64,000 bases of DNA from Elsinoe ampelina (GCA_010093995.1 ML992508.1:530506-594505), one strand, 5' to 3'. Shown: positions 1-13,056, numbered from the stretch's first letter. The notes: a model not told the origin generated them from the letters alone. Numbers and translations are program-made.

Positions 1-533
1 GCCTGGACGTTCCCTTCAGAGACAGCCACAGCGTCAGACATCTCTACCCGCCGACCGTTGTCATCTGCTCGTGGCGGCCAGCCATGACAGTTGCTTCCAC
101 GTAGGCTTCCGACAAGCACGTTGACTACTTGCAACGGTATTATGGCTGCTTTCGGGATTCTTCTTCGACCTTAATCCAGATAAACTAGGACCATCGTGCC
201 ACCGAATGTCTCACCAAGAGAATTCATTGACTGCAAAAGCTGGAATTCTCCATTCCCGACAGCGAGAGAGCTAACGTCCAGCCCTCTTACGCATGCAAAC
301 TGTAGCTAACGGTCTTTCTTGGTGACACCTTCTTTCGATTGTTCGAACAGTCTAGTGACGGCTTGTTCTCCTCTACCGACTGTTGCTAGTGCACATTCTG
401 GCTGGAGTATGTCTCTCCCTGTGGTAGTGAGAGCTGATATAAGGTATGTTCGACGGCCTCTCTCAAGCATTGTTCCGCCACAGATCAATCGCTGCACCCA
501 GACATCAGATCCCGCACCAGTCTACATTTCATC

Positions 534-1763
534 ATGAAGGTCTCAACAATCGCCGTCGGTGCCGCTGCATTGGTTCCTGCAGTCGCAGCTCAGAAGAACC
601 CCAAGACCAACTTTGACTGCACCACTGTCGCCAGTAATGTCAAGACAAGAATCGTGACCGCCACCCAGTGGGTCGAGGGCACAACTACAAAGACGAAGCA
701 GCCAAAGACGACGGAGACTCTGACCCTTCGAGAGCCTGTCACCAGTGTGACCACTGTCACCAACATCGTCCGGAAGAAGACGACGACAAAGACAGAGACA
801 GCGAGCACGCAAGTCAAGGTGAACGTCACCAACACTGTAACAGCCACCATCACAGCCAAGGGAGTCACCATCTCTCCAGATCCCGTCACCTCCACTGTCG
901 CTGCGCCAGCTGGCTTCACCCCCGCTGTATCTGCCCTATCAAACGCCAACGGAAAGCGTGAGGCTGCTCCTCAGAACAAGAAGAACAACAAGTCAGCCAC
1001 ACTCTGCCAGGCCAACATCGCTGCCAAGCTTACCCTCTCCACCACTCTCCCTGCCATTACCATCACCAAGTCGATCACCAAGCCAGGCAGCACCATCTTC
1101 AGCACCACGACCAAGAACGTCAACCGTGGCGGCACCCAGACCGTGACCGTCACCACCACCGCGACCAACACCCGCTTCGTCACTAGCGTCACCACAACCT
1201 CGACGACCATCAAACCCACCGTCACCCTCGCCGCCCAAGTGATCAAATACTACGCCGCCTGCGCCGACTTCAACCTCCTCGACTACACCCTCTCCACCAT
1301 CGCCCCATCCACAGACAGCAACTCCACCACCACCGACCCCTCGGACGACGACGGCTCCGACGAACGCCGCCGCCTCCGCCGCTCCGCCCGCCTTGGCGCC
1401 TTCCCGCAACTCAAGATGGCCAAGCGCGCCACCTACCACGTCGGCATCAACGCCGTGTCCCCCGCCACAGGCATCACCGCCTCGCTGGACGACAGCATCG
1501 ACACTGCCTACGACTGCTGCGCCAAGTGCCAGGCTGCCACCAACTGCGCTGGTTCGTCGTTCGGGCCGGTCGAGGGTTGCACCATCTACCTCGGCAACAC
1601 CTGCTCGGCGAGCCAGAGCCAGAAGGTGGGGACCTTTACGTATGACGGCCAGGATCTGTTGGAGGTCGGGAGTGGCGAGATTGTGAGCAACGGCAAGTGT
1701 GGTGCCTGGGCGTCCGGAGGGGAGCAGGCCTCGGAGGATGATGGAAGTGATGACGACAATTAG
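534..1763 (+). CDS. Secreted Thr-rich protein with Kex2-type dibasic sites and a C-terminal Cys-rich domain (cell-wall or adhesin-like)
   Basis: 409-aa ORF; hydrophobic N-terminal signal (MKVSTIAVGAAALVPAVAA); two Thr-rich blocks; KR-EA and KR sites; terminal YDCCAKC...C...C...C domain. Confidence 0.8.
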   Translation: MKVSTIAVGAAALVPAVAAQKNPKTNFDCTTVASNVKTRIVTATQWVEGTTTKTKQPKTTETLTLREPVTSVTTVTNIVRKKTTTKTETASTQVKVNVTNTVTATITAKGVTISPDPVTSTVAAPAGFTPAVSALSNANGKREAAPQNKKNNKSATLCQANIAAKLTLSTTLPAITITKSITKPGSTIFSTTTKNVNRGGTQTVTVTTTATNTRFVTSVTTTSTTIKPTVTLAAQVIKYYAACADFNLLDYTLSTIAPSTDSNSTTTDPSDDDGSDERRRLRRSARLGAFPQLKMAKRATYHVGINAVSPATGITASLDDSIDTAYDCCAKCQAATNCAGSSFGPVEGCTIYLGNTCSASQSQKVGTFTYDGQDLLEVGSGEIVSNGKCGAWASGGEQASEDDGSDDDN

Positions 1764-2029
1764 ATGGGTTGGTTCATCGAGAGAGAGAGGGGAAAATGTG
1801 GAGGGCTGGAAAATGGTGATGTCTACTTCTTCTGGTTGTCCTATACTTCGGATCTAATTCAATTCTTCCCCTTACATGATGCGTACATCCATCCTCGTTC
1901 TCGGTCGGAGGTGCCACATCCTGATAGCAATACCATCCATCCATGATGCATGGGGCTCCTGACACAAAACCCACATCAATAAACGCCACATTACCCACCC
2001 CCAACGCTTTCCTTTCCACTGTACACCCC

Positions 2030-3742
2030 CTACGCATCCTCAACATCACTCTCCTCCACCCCATCCACGGCAGCCTTCTGCCTCCTCTCCTCGTTCATCT
2101 CCCTATACGTCGCCCAACTCAACAACAAAAATGCCAGAATAATCAACACCCCACCTCCCATGGCCGCGCCCGACAACGGACTATTCAACGGCGGCGGCAG
2201 CAACTGATCCACCACGGCCACCAAAAAAATCGTCAACAACGCCGCGACGCTACTCAACACCGGGCTCGTCAAGCTGATCAACACCAGGAAACTCCCGCTG
2301 AACGTCGCGTTGGCCAGGACCGAAATCAGTAACATCCACGCCGCCTCGCCGCGGGGCAACTCGAACGTCTCCAGGCCGGCGTAGTGCAGGAGCGGGATCG
2401 GGAACCAGAGCACCGTGAGCGTGAAGACGCCGATCATGCTACCGAAGGTGTTGGCGAAGATCATGCCGCGGCCGGGACTGCAGCCGTCCGGGGGGCAGGC
2501 GACGCGTTTGTACAAGACTTCGTAGAAGCCGTACAGCACGCTGCCGACGCCGATCACCAGGTTTCCCAGGGTGCGGTTCGACGCCTCCTCTTTCACCGGC
2601 GCGTTGGGCCCGCCCGCCCCGCCGCCGGATTTGTTACCGTGTTTGCTCGGGGCCGAGTCCCCGTACGCGACGACGAGCACGCCGGCGATGGCCACCGCGA
2701 CGGAGAAGACTTTGCTCCATTTCAGCTTCTCGTGGAGCAAGGGGATGGCGAAGGCGTAGGCGAAAAAGGCGCTGCAGTTGTAGATGGCTGTCAGGTCCGA
2801 GGCGGTGGTGAGGTCGACGGCGACGTACCATGAGCCGCCTGCGATGGTGAGGGCGCAGGTGACGAAGGCGGTGGTGCGGATGAAGTAGGGGACGGGGGAG
2901 CGGCGGGTGAGGGAGGAGGGGACGTGGAGCGTGCGGTGCTCGATCATTTGTGCGGTTGTGCGGAGGATTTGGACGTGTCGGCGCCAGAAGGTGGGCCAGG
3001 GCATGGAGAGTTTTTGGAGGCGGAGGATGAGGAGTTGGGTTGGCCAGAGGAGAGACCAGGAGCCGTGGGTGAGGTAGAGCATGGAGTAGGCTTTGTTCCA
3101 TTTGAGTGTGTGTTGGATGTAGACGGCGGTTTCGGTTTGGACTGTGAAGGAGATGAGGCTGATGATCAAGAAGCCGCTGGCGTAGATGTAGCGCTTGCGA
3201 GTGGCGTTTTTGGCGAGGGTTTCCGGGTCTCGTTCGTGGAAGCGTGATGTGCTGCGTCGGGTATTGAGGGGTCGGGATGGGGAGTCGTACCCCTGGTGGA
3301 CTTTGTCATTGGGCAACAGCGGGGTTTGCGACTTGCTGTGGGACAGCATGGGCCGTAGATCTGAAGGCATATCTGTTGCTAATGGGTCCTGTTCGTCCCA
3401 GGCTTCGAAGTCGTGGTCGTCCTCGACAATACCCCCCTCCTCCTCTTCTGCTCCTTTGGAGTCGTAGAGTGCGCCGTGGTCGCGTTTGGGTGTCGTCGGG
3501 GTGATGGACTCGAACTCTGCTGGGTCTGGGAGTCGTATAAAGGGTGAGGTCTCGCGGGAGATCTGTTGCGAAGACTGCTGAGACACGTGTACGGGGCTGC
3601 TGCTCAGCGGATCAGAGGCTGAAGAGGTGGATCCAAAGTCGTCGTGGAATCGCTCGGGGACACGTTTGTTGGGATTCGAAGAGCCAGCGAGGGGACTGGA
3701 CGCGTTCCGAGGACGATGAGGGTCATGAGGGGATAAAGTCAT
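2030..3742 (-). CDS. EamA/DMT-superfamily membrane transporter
   Basis: 570-aa ORF; long hydrophilic N-terminus then ~10 hydrophobic segments; motifs DLTAIYNCSAFFAY and LISLTSPVLSSVAALLTI. Confidence 0.85.
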   Translation of the reverse strand: MTLSPHDPHRPRNASSPLAGSSNPNKRVPERFHDDFGSTSSASDPLSSSPVHVSQQSSQQISRETSPFIRLPDPAEFESITPTTPKRDHGALYDSKGAEEEEGGIVEDDHDFEAWDEQDPLATDMPSDLRPMLSHSKSQTPLLPNDKVHQGYDSPSRPLNTRRSTSRFHERDPETLAKNATRKRYIYASGFLIISLISFTVQTETAVYIQHTLKWNKAYSMLYLTHGSWSLLWPTQLLILRLQKLSMPWPTFWRRHVQILRTTAQMIEHRTLHVPSSLTRRSPVPYFIRTTAFVTCALTIAGGSWYVAVDLTTASDLTAIYNCSAFFAYAFAIPLLHEKLKWSKVFSVAVAIAGVLVVAYGDSAPSKHGNKSGGGAGGPNAPVKEEASNRTLGNLVIGVGSVLYGFYEVLYKRVACPPDGCSPGRGMIFANTFGSMIGVFTLTVLWFPIPLLHYAGLETFELPRGEAAWMLLISVLANATFSGSFLVLISLTSPVLSSVAALLTIFLVAVVDQLLPPPLNSPLSGAAMGGGVLIILAFLLLSWATYREMNEERRQKAAVDGVEESDVEDA

Positions 3743-4296
3743 CTAAGGCGGTGACGGGATCATTTCTCTGGTCTGAATTGGACGGCGGAAGTCATTCTGC
3801 AGACGCAGTCCCAGTGTCCCACGCGGAGAAGACCATCTGACGTCTCGGCGGCTGAAAGCGCCTGAAACCGACAGAGGGTCCCTCTTTTTTTCCATCCAAA
3901 CAAATCGGATTGCACGTTTCAGGGAGAGATTTTCAGCTAGACACCACGCGGCCTCGATCTTGACCATCTTGTTGCTTCTTGACTTTATCTCGCTATGCGG
4001 AGAATTGCCATAGATGGCATGGCCTGTCGCGAAAGCGAGGGGTTGTTGGAGACACATATCGACCGAGTTCCTTGCTCTTCTATGCATATGTTTACATCAC
4101 GGTAAGGCTGGTAGTATTATTCACTATGCATTATGGGTATCTATCTAGTGCATCTGGTGACCATGCGCGGCACCTGCTATCTTGCTCGATCTATGCGATC
4201 TGACGTCTATCCTTCCATCATGATTCAATTACATCCTTTCTTTCAAATATGGTATCATGAAGCAAACACACTTATAAACCCCTAAGAATGTCAACG

Positions 4297-5610
4297 TCAA
4301 AGGTTGGGGTTCTGACGAGCCAGACCAACCCGAGGCGTGCTTTGCCGTTGGTCGAAAATGACATAAAATCCCTTGATGAAGGTGTCTCCAAGGATAGCAA
4401 AAGGCAGGTTTGAGCTGCTCTGAACTCCACCCAGACAGTGAGTCGCATTAATCTGCTGCCAGTTGATGTATTTAGGCCGGATGCCAAATTTGCGTCCATT
4501 GATCCAGACACCCATGGGTGGCAATTTGCTGTCGCAAGGGAATGTGTACCCACCCCAGTTGCTGTCAACGCCGGCACCTTTGACCTTGGCATAGTACGCC
4601 GTGATGATCTCGTTGGGTAGGTAGCTTAGTGAGGTGCCAGTGTCGACGATGGTGTTGAACGCCCCAGTGGACATCTTGAACGTCGTCCCGTTGATGGCAT
4701 ATCGCAGGATGCTGAATTGCCAGAATCCTGCATTTGCCGGATTGACAGGCGTCCAGTGCAAATCGCCTACGTATTTGGTACGATTGATGAATCCAAAGTC
4801 GAGCGAGCCAATATGGTCTGTGGTAAGAGCGTTCTGCCCTCTATTCTTCAGGGTCACAGCATACAAAGGCTGCGCCAGACTACTCTTGACATTGTCGAAA
4901 AACGTCTTCTGTTGTGTTGGGCGCACGGTGTTGAGTGCAGTGAAGGAGAGCCCGATCAGGCCATCGGCATCGATATGATTGAGAAACGATTGTGAGACCG
5001 ACTGGGCTGCTTCCACAGCTTGCGAGTCGAATGTGACTCCTCCTATCGTGACTCTGTCCTTGTACACGAGGCCTCTCGAGTAAGACCCGTCGCCATATGA
5101 CACATCGTACTTCTCCCCACTCATGATTTTGCTGCTGTCCGTCTTGTAGATCGCGTGACCTGTCTGTTGTGCCGCTGGCATAAGATCCGAGAAGACCCAA
5201 AGATCTGAAGAGCCCGAGTCCAGCACAAGATTAAGCGTCTGTCCATCGACGTTGACCGGCACGAGATATTCCTGCGAGGCCTGTTAGGTGCATGCCCATC
5301 CGCAATATCTGACACTGATGCTCACCACATCGACCGGCTCTGGCGTAATCGTTGCTGAGCCCTTCTGTTTGGCGGCCTTCTGTTGCTGCTTGACCACGGC
5401 CGCCTTGACTACTGCAGGTTGCACAGCATTGTACTTGACATACGGATACGCTAGTGAGAAAGCAGGGTTGAGGTTTAGCGACTTTGGAGAGAGTGTGAGT
5501 GGCGTCGAGACAGTGTATCCTATGCGAGGTCGTACAGGCTCGACATCAAGCGGCACGGCCTGCACCGCTGCTGCGATTGCCGCCGTGAGCAATGTGATGG
5601 AGGAAGGCAT
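4297..5610 (-). CDS. Secreted aspartic protease (pepsin/A1 family, penicillopepsin-like)
   Basis: Signal peptide plus propeptide exon; intron 5272-5325 (GTGAG...CTAAC...CAG); catalytic motifs LDSGSSDLWV and IVDTGTS; ILGDTFIK. Confidence 0.92.
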
Positions 5611-7007
5611 CGTGACCAAGTGGGGAATGATTGAGGAGACACAAGCGATAGTACTTGCCTCTCTTTATCAAACCTGGAAGAAGATCCCGTGAAAAAGTGC
5701 GAGACATGCAGACAATATTTCTCGAGGCCACGCCAGACAACCGCTGGACGTTTACCCAGGCGCCGTTTGCTTTGGTTGACCAGCCATGAGCAACGGGTGC
5801 TATTTGGCCACAGGGTGTATGGCGGGGAGCGCTGTCAGGTACCAAGCCACAAGATCTGCTAGTGCTCCCTGCCTTGAAGACGTTGATCAGCCGCCGTGGT
5901 CTTGGAGATAGCTGACGACTATCCATGCCGTTATAGCCTTGACTACACGCGATTCTTCGGTAGTGTCGAGGCCGAGAGATAGTCGGATCCAGAGCGGTTG
6001 ATCGACAACACCCAGATTTCTATCATGTTTCTGAAGTTTCTGATGTTCCTCAATGTTTCAATGGCAATTTGCGCTAGACGTGCTGGAAACAATGGTATAG
6101 ACTCTGGGCTTGAGGATTGCCTGAGCTCGGACCCGTAGTATGTTCTCGCTCGCCAGGAGTTCAACGGTTGTGCTTCCGACGCATCGTACTCGTGTTGAAG
6201 GGTGACCGCATTGACGTTCAATGTGGAGTCTGGGAAATTGTAAGGAGAGATCTGAAAGTCATCCTTGTACAGTGAGTGGACAAGCCGACTGCGGTGCAAC
6301 TGCTGGTGCCGAGAGGCGAATTCGATCATTACAAGGACTGACCTATGGGTGTGCCATCAGGCCGTCCTCCTGATTCGAGAGTCGTACCCGGCGATCAATT
6401 GTGCTCATGATGTCCTCCTGACATAAATCCGATGCATTTGGTCCAAGATCAGCTGTGTGCCACCTGAGCTGCAACTACCCTTGAGACAATGTTGCGATCC
6501 AACTATATTGTTCGCGGTGACAAGGTGGGGACCACGGCATTACGAATTGGCGCTGAGCATCCAAGAGTCTTAGTTACGTATGCGATGGAACGTGTCGAGA
6601 TTGGTGATGACGGAGAACGTTGAAGCCGAAGATTGCAGAGTCCTTGATATAGAATTGCCAAGGATCTCATCCGCAACTTAGGCTCACATGCTGGGCAGCA
6701 GATGCCTGTCAAGTGCTTTGCTGTAGGAGGGGGACATTTCAGCTAACAACTTTTCACAGCATGACATGTGTAACTGGTTGTGATTTTGGTACACGACATT
6801 AACTCCAGTAAAACTTTACGACTACATACAACACCCTGTTGTGATCCCTCGTATTTCGAAAGGCACGATACATGATGGATCCGATATTCTACGCTCAACG
6901 TCTTCCCACATCAACCTCATCTCTTCTGTTGCCAGACTTGCGTCCATGACACATCTCAGTCTTCACCATAACTGTACGTGTAGGGATGAGTGCCTTATCG
7001 CTTCCGT

Positions 7008-7954
7008 CTAGGTGCAAGAGCCACCCTTCTGGGAGTTCATGAGCAGGGCGACAATCAGACCGTAAAGACCTGAGAGTGTCAGTAGTGATCAAGAATAGGC
7101 GGGTTTGATAAGACATACCCAACACTTCGGCGAAAATGAGAATCAAGATCATGCCGACGAAGAGCCTTGGCTGCTGAGCAGTACCACGGACACCAGCGTC
7201 ACCGACAATACCGATAGCGAAACCAGCCGCAAGACCAGCGAGACCGACTGACAGACCCGCACCGAGTTGAATGAACCCAGTGTAGAGAGTTTGATCCTGG
7301 CTAAGATCGTTCGAGATCAACACGGACACGACGAGACCGTAAATGGCAATGATACCAGCCATGATGACTGGGATAATGTCTGGGAAGGGAGTCAGCCTGT
7401 TCAAGGTGAACAGCCAGGGCATCGAGGGACAGATAGGCAGTTGCATGCAAGCTTGTCGTCGAAGTCGCCAAGCTCGCGGGCCCCATACTATCTGTATCTT
7501 CGAAGCCCATCGCGACAATCTTTTGTGTATCTTGACATACTCTTGACAATCAAATCAGGTCGGAGGACACCCATTGCTGAGATACCGACGCCAGCCTTGG
7601 CGGTTCCATAGGCTGCACCAAAGCAGGTGAAGACAATGGCCGAAGTGCAACCCATCGCTCCGAAGAACGGCTAAACTATATCAGCACATGTTCCTTGTCT
7701 CCGATCTTGATATTTGTGGTTATGGTGGTTGATTTCGAGCTTCATCCAAGTCGTGACGCAAGGCTGTCCAAGCTGGACGTGCGAAGGTTGAGGTGGCACT
7801 TACGGCATACACTGGACTGCAAGGATATATATCAGCATTCTATGATAAATGTAGTCATGTTGCTCATGATGCAGGACCACATCCGCACAAGCGCATGCTG
7901 TTCCTGAACCAGAGAAGCCTGGGGCGAAACGTACCAGAGATCTGTGGTAGGCAT
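7008..7954 (-). CDS. VMA3: V-ATPase 16-kDa proteolipid subunit c
   Basis: Five exons joined by GT-AG introns give [19 protein letters not shown]...[17 protein letters not shown]...[27 protein letters not shown]. Confidence 0.95.
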
Positions 7955-8328
7955 TGTGGCTGTGGCGTGTATGAAGACTACGAGATGGCGCAAAGAGTGC
8001 TCGAAGCCTTGATGACTGCGAAGAGAAGCTTCGATGTGTTGTCGGTTGACTGGATGAAGCGCTTGCGGTCCGGAAGGCTGCGCGTGTTGAAGTGATGAAG
8101 TGGTAGGAAGCAGCCAAGCTGTAAGAGAGATGGGATCTGTGACGGGAAGCATGGTCCGTGCTTTTCATGCTCCCCAGAACTTCACCAAAAATTTTGGTGG
8201 TGCATCAACCTCTTTCTCTTCAAGTCACATCTTCCAAGGCCGTGAACCCAGCACCTCTAAATATCGGGCGAGCCTTGTCGCGCAATCTCAATCACCCACC
8301 GCAACTTTCCATCATACCAGAGAACATA

Positions 8329-8811
8329 ATGTCGAACGACATCAGCGCCGCATGGCCAGTGGTAGGACTCGCTGCTCAAAAACCACCAGAATTTACCACT
8401 AACCAATACGCAGGCCGACCAGGCCCTCTCGCAAGAGATTCTCGACCTCGTCCAACAAGCCAGCCACTACCGCCAGCTGAAGAAGGGCGCCAACGAAGCC
8501 ACGAAAACCCTCAACCGCGGTGTGAGCGAGATCGTTATCCTGGCAGCAGACACCCAGCCGCTCGCGATTCTCCTCCACCTGCCTCTGCTCGCTGAGGACA
8601 AGAACGTAGGATCACCTCCCACCAAGAGCTTCAGATCAACAGCTAATCCCACCAGGTCCCCTACATTTACGTTCCTAGCAAGATGGCTTTGGGCAGAGCA
8701 TGCGGTGTCAGCAGGTCCGTCATCGCGGCCAGCATCACGACCAACGATGCCAGTGATCTTATGGGGCAGATCCGTCAGCTCAAGGACAAGGTGGAGCGCA
8801 CGCTGATCTAG
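8329..8811 (+). CDS. SNU13: L7Ae-family snoRNP/U4 snRNP protein Snu13 (15.5K)
   Basis: Spliced ORF with [16 protein letters not shown] and [32 protein letters not shown]; two introns; divergent from VMA3 (~370 bp between starts). Confidence 0.95.
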
Positions 8812-9299
8812 AGGAGAGAGAGAAGAGATACCCCACCGAATGAAGTAACTACCAGGCCGATATGATATGGGGCGTATGTGCTGTGGTGTAGACATATGAG
8901 CAGAGGTCGAGCGCAATACGTGTGCTGTGGAAGTCCCAGCGCTTGCAAATTCAGGAGATCACATTGCATTGCGAACGAGCACAACCTCCAGACACTGGCA
9001 TATGATCTGCACAACTGGTCTCCTGATATCGCTATCTACGTGGATACATTGAATTCTTTCTGTTCATATCTCGTGCCGCTGCGCTCTTGAACCACGGCAT
9101 CCGGGCGCGGGTAGCCTTGGCCCTAGGAATCTGACGCTATGAACAAGCGTCAGTCTGGCAAGTAATTGGGTATGCTCCCTTGCCGTAATGCGACTTCGCA
9201 TACACGTCCATGGCCGCATTGTCTCGGCCGATGCAGCCCTGCCTGGTCCGTGTCGTACGCATTGCGTGCAACATCAACGACAAGCGTGAATTTCGGTGT

Positions 9300-10351
9300 C
9301 TAGAAGCAGAAGACCTGGTCCTCGAGCTTGCTCACTGGACGAGCCTTGGTATATCCTAGCGACTCGGTCGCCTTCTTCATGGCCGAGACCATAGGTGGGG
9401 GGCCACAGATGAGGATCTTGACGTCTCCAGCAGGGGCAGGAAGATTGGCCTGTCACATGTTAGTCATCCGTAGCAATATCATGCGAGCTTGATTCTACAC
9501 ACCTTGATCATTTCCGGTGTGACGAAGCCAACCCCGCCCTTCCATCCCTCGGGTGGGTTGTTGAGTACGTAGTGCACTCTAAAGTTCTTGTCCTCCCTCG
9601 CGAGCTTGTCGAGATCCTCCCTGAGTAGAATGTCCTCCTCGTTGACGTTGGCGAAGATCAGATCAACCTCGGTCTTGTCCCCGCTTTTGCGTCCCCTCAA
9701 TATCGCGCGGATGATCTGGAGCATGGGAGTAATGCCAGTACCACCTGCGATCATGCCAAAATGCCTGACCATGTTGGGGGTGTAGACCATAGCGCCCTTG
9801 GGACCCTTGACCTTCATCTTGTCACCGATCTTGAGAGTGGTGAGGTGCTTGCTGATGTTGCCAGTGGGATAGGACTTGATGAGTAGATCAAAGTAGCCAG
9901 TATCATTGTCCGAGGAGATTGGGGTGTATGAGCGAACGACCTCCCGACTCTCGGTCTTGCCAGACTTGGGATCGGTGACGTCGAGGGTGGCTGCGAGAGA
10001 GATGTGCTGGCCGATTGGCAGACCGAGGATAGAAGTCTCTGAAGGCAGCTTGAAGCGATATACAGCCGTGTTATGCGACAGGTTCGTCTTCTCAGTGAGG
10101 GGGAAAGTCTGGAAGGTGGTTGGGTTGAGTACTGTCTTTGTTTCTGCGGTATGTCAGTGGGAGTGATGAATTTGGTCGCAAGGCTGCTCACTGTTGGCAA
10201 AGACCTGGTAGCCTGCTAAGCATGCAGCCAGAGCAATCGCGATCGGTGTGTATTGGATCTTGATCAGAGCTGTGGTGACAATGAGCAGAGCAGAGGGGAT
10301 GTAGACACCATTGATGTACTGGGGGGCCAGTGGCCCGGTCTGCTTGGCCAT
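9300..10351 (-). CDS. CBR1: NADH-cytochrome b5 reductase
   Basis: N-terminal membrane anchor; [28 protein letters not shown] and LICGPPPM motifs; C-terminal DQVFCF; introns near 10140-10190 and 9450-9500. Confidence 0.93.
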
Positions 10352-10944
10352 GATTGTGAAACTATGTGAGGTGTGAAAAGGTCTTGTAGATGTAAGATCG
10401 TCTGCCTTGGTCGAGAGCTGGTCTGGGGTTAAAGTGGGTGGAGATTAATGTGAAGTGGAACGTGAAACCGGACCTAGTCGGGACTTTTTTCCTGCTCGCG
10501 GCTCCTCAACGCGGGCTGCTTTCCACGGTACACGGCATTTCTCCAATAACCCATCATAACCAAGGACATTGGATATCGATCTCATCACTTTTGTTTCTGA
10601 TGCAATGTCGGATGTGTCTCAATCTGTCTCCGCGTAGGTCGCCTTCAATTGTCTTACAATCCCGCGTTCACAGCACTGTCGCACAGCATGAGGCTTGTTG
10701 CTCACGGAACTGCCCTGTTGGGGCAAACCCCGCGGCGTCATCCCCACCGTGTATTCAATGGTATAGGTACTGTACGGTATACCATCAATCATCTTTTCTC
10801 CTATCAGAAGCTGCGATCTCCCACAACCTGATCACTGTGTTTTCCATCCTATACCACAATATTACACACTTAATCTCCTCTTGTCTTTTCTTTCATTTTT
10901 TTCCTGGTACGTTCGTCAGTCGAGGCCGCCAGAATAAGCACGAA

Positions 10945-11390
10945 ATGTCTTCCCTTTATGCAAAAGGTAGGTCAATTCTGGAACTACTCAACGAAGCATG
11001 ACTAAGTCGCCAAGGTGCTTAGTGCATCTATAGTAAAGACTGCATACATATTAATAGGTTTCGTAGACTACTTTCCAGAGTATATGTTCCCTTAGTTCGG
11101 AATGACAGGCCACTAACAGCTTAAGCTTAAAGTATACTAGGTCGAGTATCGTTCGAGTTGCTAATAGAAAAGCATTACACAGTAAGTGTCCCGGACTATT
11201 TAGACTCATTTCGTTCTCTATTCACTTAGACGTCTTGGGAGGCCCATGGTGAATATGGATCCTAATGCCTTCTAGAACAGACTCGACATCCTCCATGGCG
11301 GTGCTATAGCCAGTATGGTAGACCTTAGCGGCTCTCTTGCTATGGCATCAAGAGATCTCTACCTGACCGGCGTCTCCACTGATCTCAATA
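10945..11390 (+). pseudogene. Truncated, RIP-like mutated PaaI/ACOT13-type hotdog-fold thioesterase fragment
   Basis: Exons GRVSFELLIEKHYT and NRLDILHGGAIASMVDLSGSLAMASRDLYLTGVSTDLN; normally conserved Gly appear as Asp/Ser (G->A); locally TpA-rich; no recognisable C-terminal exons. Confidence 0.7.
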
Positions 11391-11547
11391 GTACTTCATT
11401 ACACCCAACCAGCAATGTACAGCCGAGATTGCCCACTCCGGTACTCATCTTCCTTCTACAGACGCACTCTGCACCCTTCTGTTCAAGCCACTGCTTGGTC
11501 AGGCTTAGTGTGGTGATAGCGGACTAACGATGAATCACGAAATCGTT

Positions 11548-13056
11548 TCATGTCGGAGCTGGTAATCTTCTGACCATCTCATGGTGCTTGCTTCGTTTGC
11601 AATAGTCGTTACCACAATCAAGCCGATAGAAGTATTTGTAGAATCGTTTGTAGCAAGCAACGCACAAGTGGATCATCTGAGGGCCCTGACCGACTCTAGG
11701 AATCCAGACGGCACGCTCGAGATCGTTATGTCCTGGGTGCTCACAGCCAAAGAGACAGGAAGCTGTGCTCATTCGGATACCCTGTTTGAGTGCATAGGCA
11801 GTGTTAAGTCCTTCCTAAGGCGTGTTCCTCATATCTAGTGGCACGGCTTTCCTCGAGGCTAGAACCGTTGCGCGGGTTCTGCGATACTTTGGATCAGATA
11901 GCCACGTCTCAGCGGACTCTGTGGTGTCCAGGAAGCTCATGAACATACCCTCCAGCAGTAAAGACATCTGATTCGAGTAGTCCGACTGCGGGAGTATAAT
12001 CAAGGGACGTAGATTCAGCACATTGCCATCCTCCATCAACGTCTTGACGTGTTTGCGTTTAGCTTCGTTCGAACATTTCCCGCTGGTTTTGGCGCGATCG
12101 TAGATCACCCAGCCAGATAGAAATCCATATTCCGAGGTTGCGCTTCCCACGCAGAGTGCAAGGAAGTCTCCGTCATCTCGTGTGATGATACTAAGGTACA
12201 CTCCAGACTCCTGAATTTTCTGAATCGGACAGCCAGGAAGTGAGAGCAGGTCCGATTTGCAGATGCTTGATCTTCCAAGAGTGTCTATAATTTCGCGTCC
12301 AAGATTCTGGTTTAGTATAGACCACATCTCCGTCCATGTGACCCTATTCAGGAGACGTACGCTAGATAGAGCTAGTAAGGTGTCATCTGCTCGCGCATCC
12401 CACATTTTGGCTTCTTCTTGCCACACCCCAAAGACATGCTGCATACGATCATAAAAGCGCTTGACTCGCGTACGATGGATCTCGTCGGTCTCTTTGATGA
12501 TCACGTCCGCGAGTCTAGACCTCTGTTCATCGGAATCTCCCAGTCTTGCGCTGGTCTAGGCGCGCCGAGGGTTGAAAAGAGTGTCTGTTTGCCTATTCCG
12601 ACGCCTTCGTTTCTTTGGTCGCTCCTCCCGTTTCGTGTCTTCCGTTCCTTCTGTCTGAACCTCCTCAGGCTGTTCGGGCTGTCGTTCTGTGGCGAGGTTT
12701 TCGTCCTGATTCGCGCCCTGCTCGCTATCCTGCCATAGGCCTGCTAGCTCTTGAACTTCTTTGAACTCCTCTATCTCGATGATCTCGACGGTGAAATCGT
12801 CGAGCTCTGGGCGGACCTTGCCACCACCCTGGATGCCGTGCGATGCAGAAGGTGGCGAGTTGGCTCGAAATACCGATGTGGTGGGTGTTTCTTTTTGGAC
12901 AGGCCCAGAGCATCTCTGGCGGTCATTCCCCTCATGGTCAGAGATGTATCCCAGCCATGTGTCTGCTTGCTCTACGATCCTTCTTTTCGTCGCTTCAGTT
13001 GTGTTCCGCTGTGTGTTTGGACCCTGCTGCTTCGCAGTATGCCTGTTGGAAGTCAT
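11548..13056 (-). pseudogene. GIY-YIG-like nuclease-domain gene with a C-terminal Cys cluster, broken by two in-frame TAG codons
   Basis: ORF-track pieces 12556-13056, 11815-12504 and 11548-11772 are one frame separated only by TAG at 12556-12558 and 11815-11817; motifs SGVYLSII...CVGSAT..GF, LLLE, P*EGLN...LKQG, CxxxC...CxxC. Confidence 0.6.
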
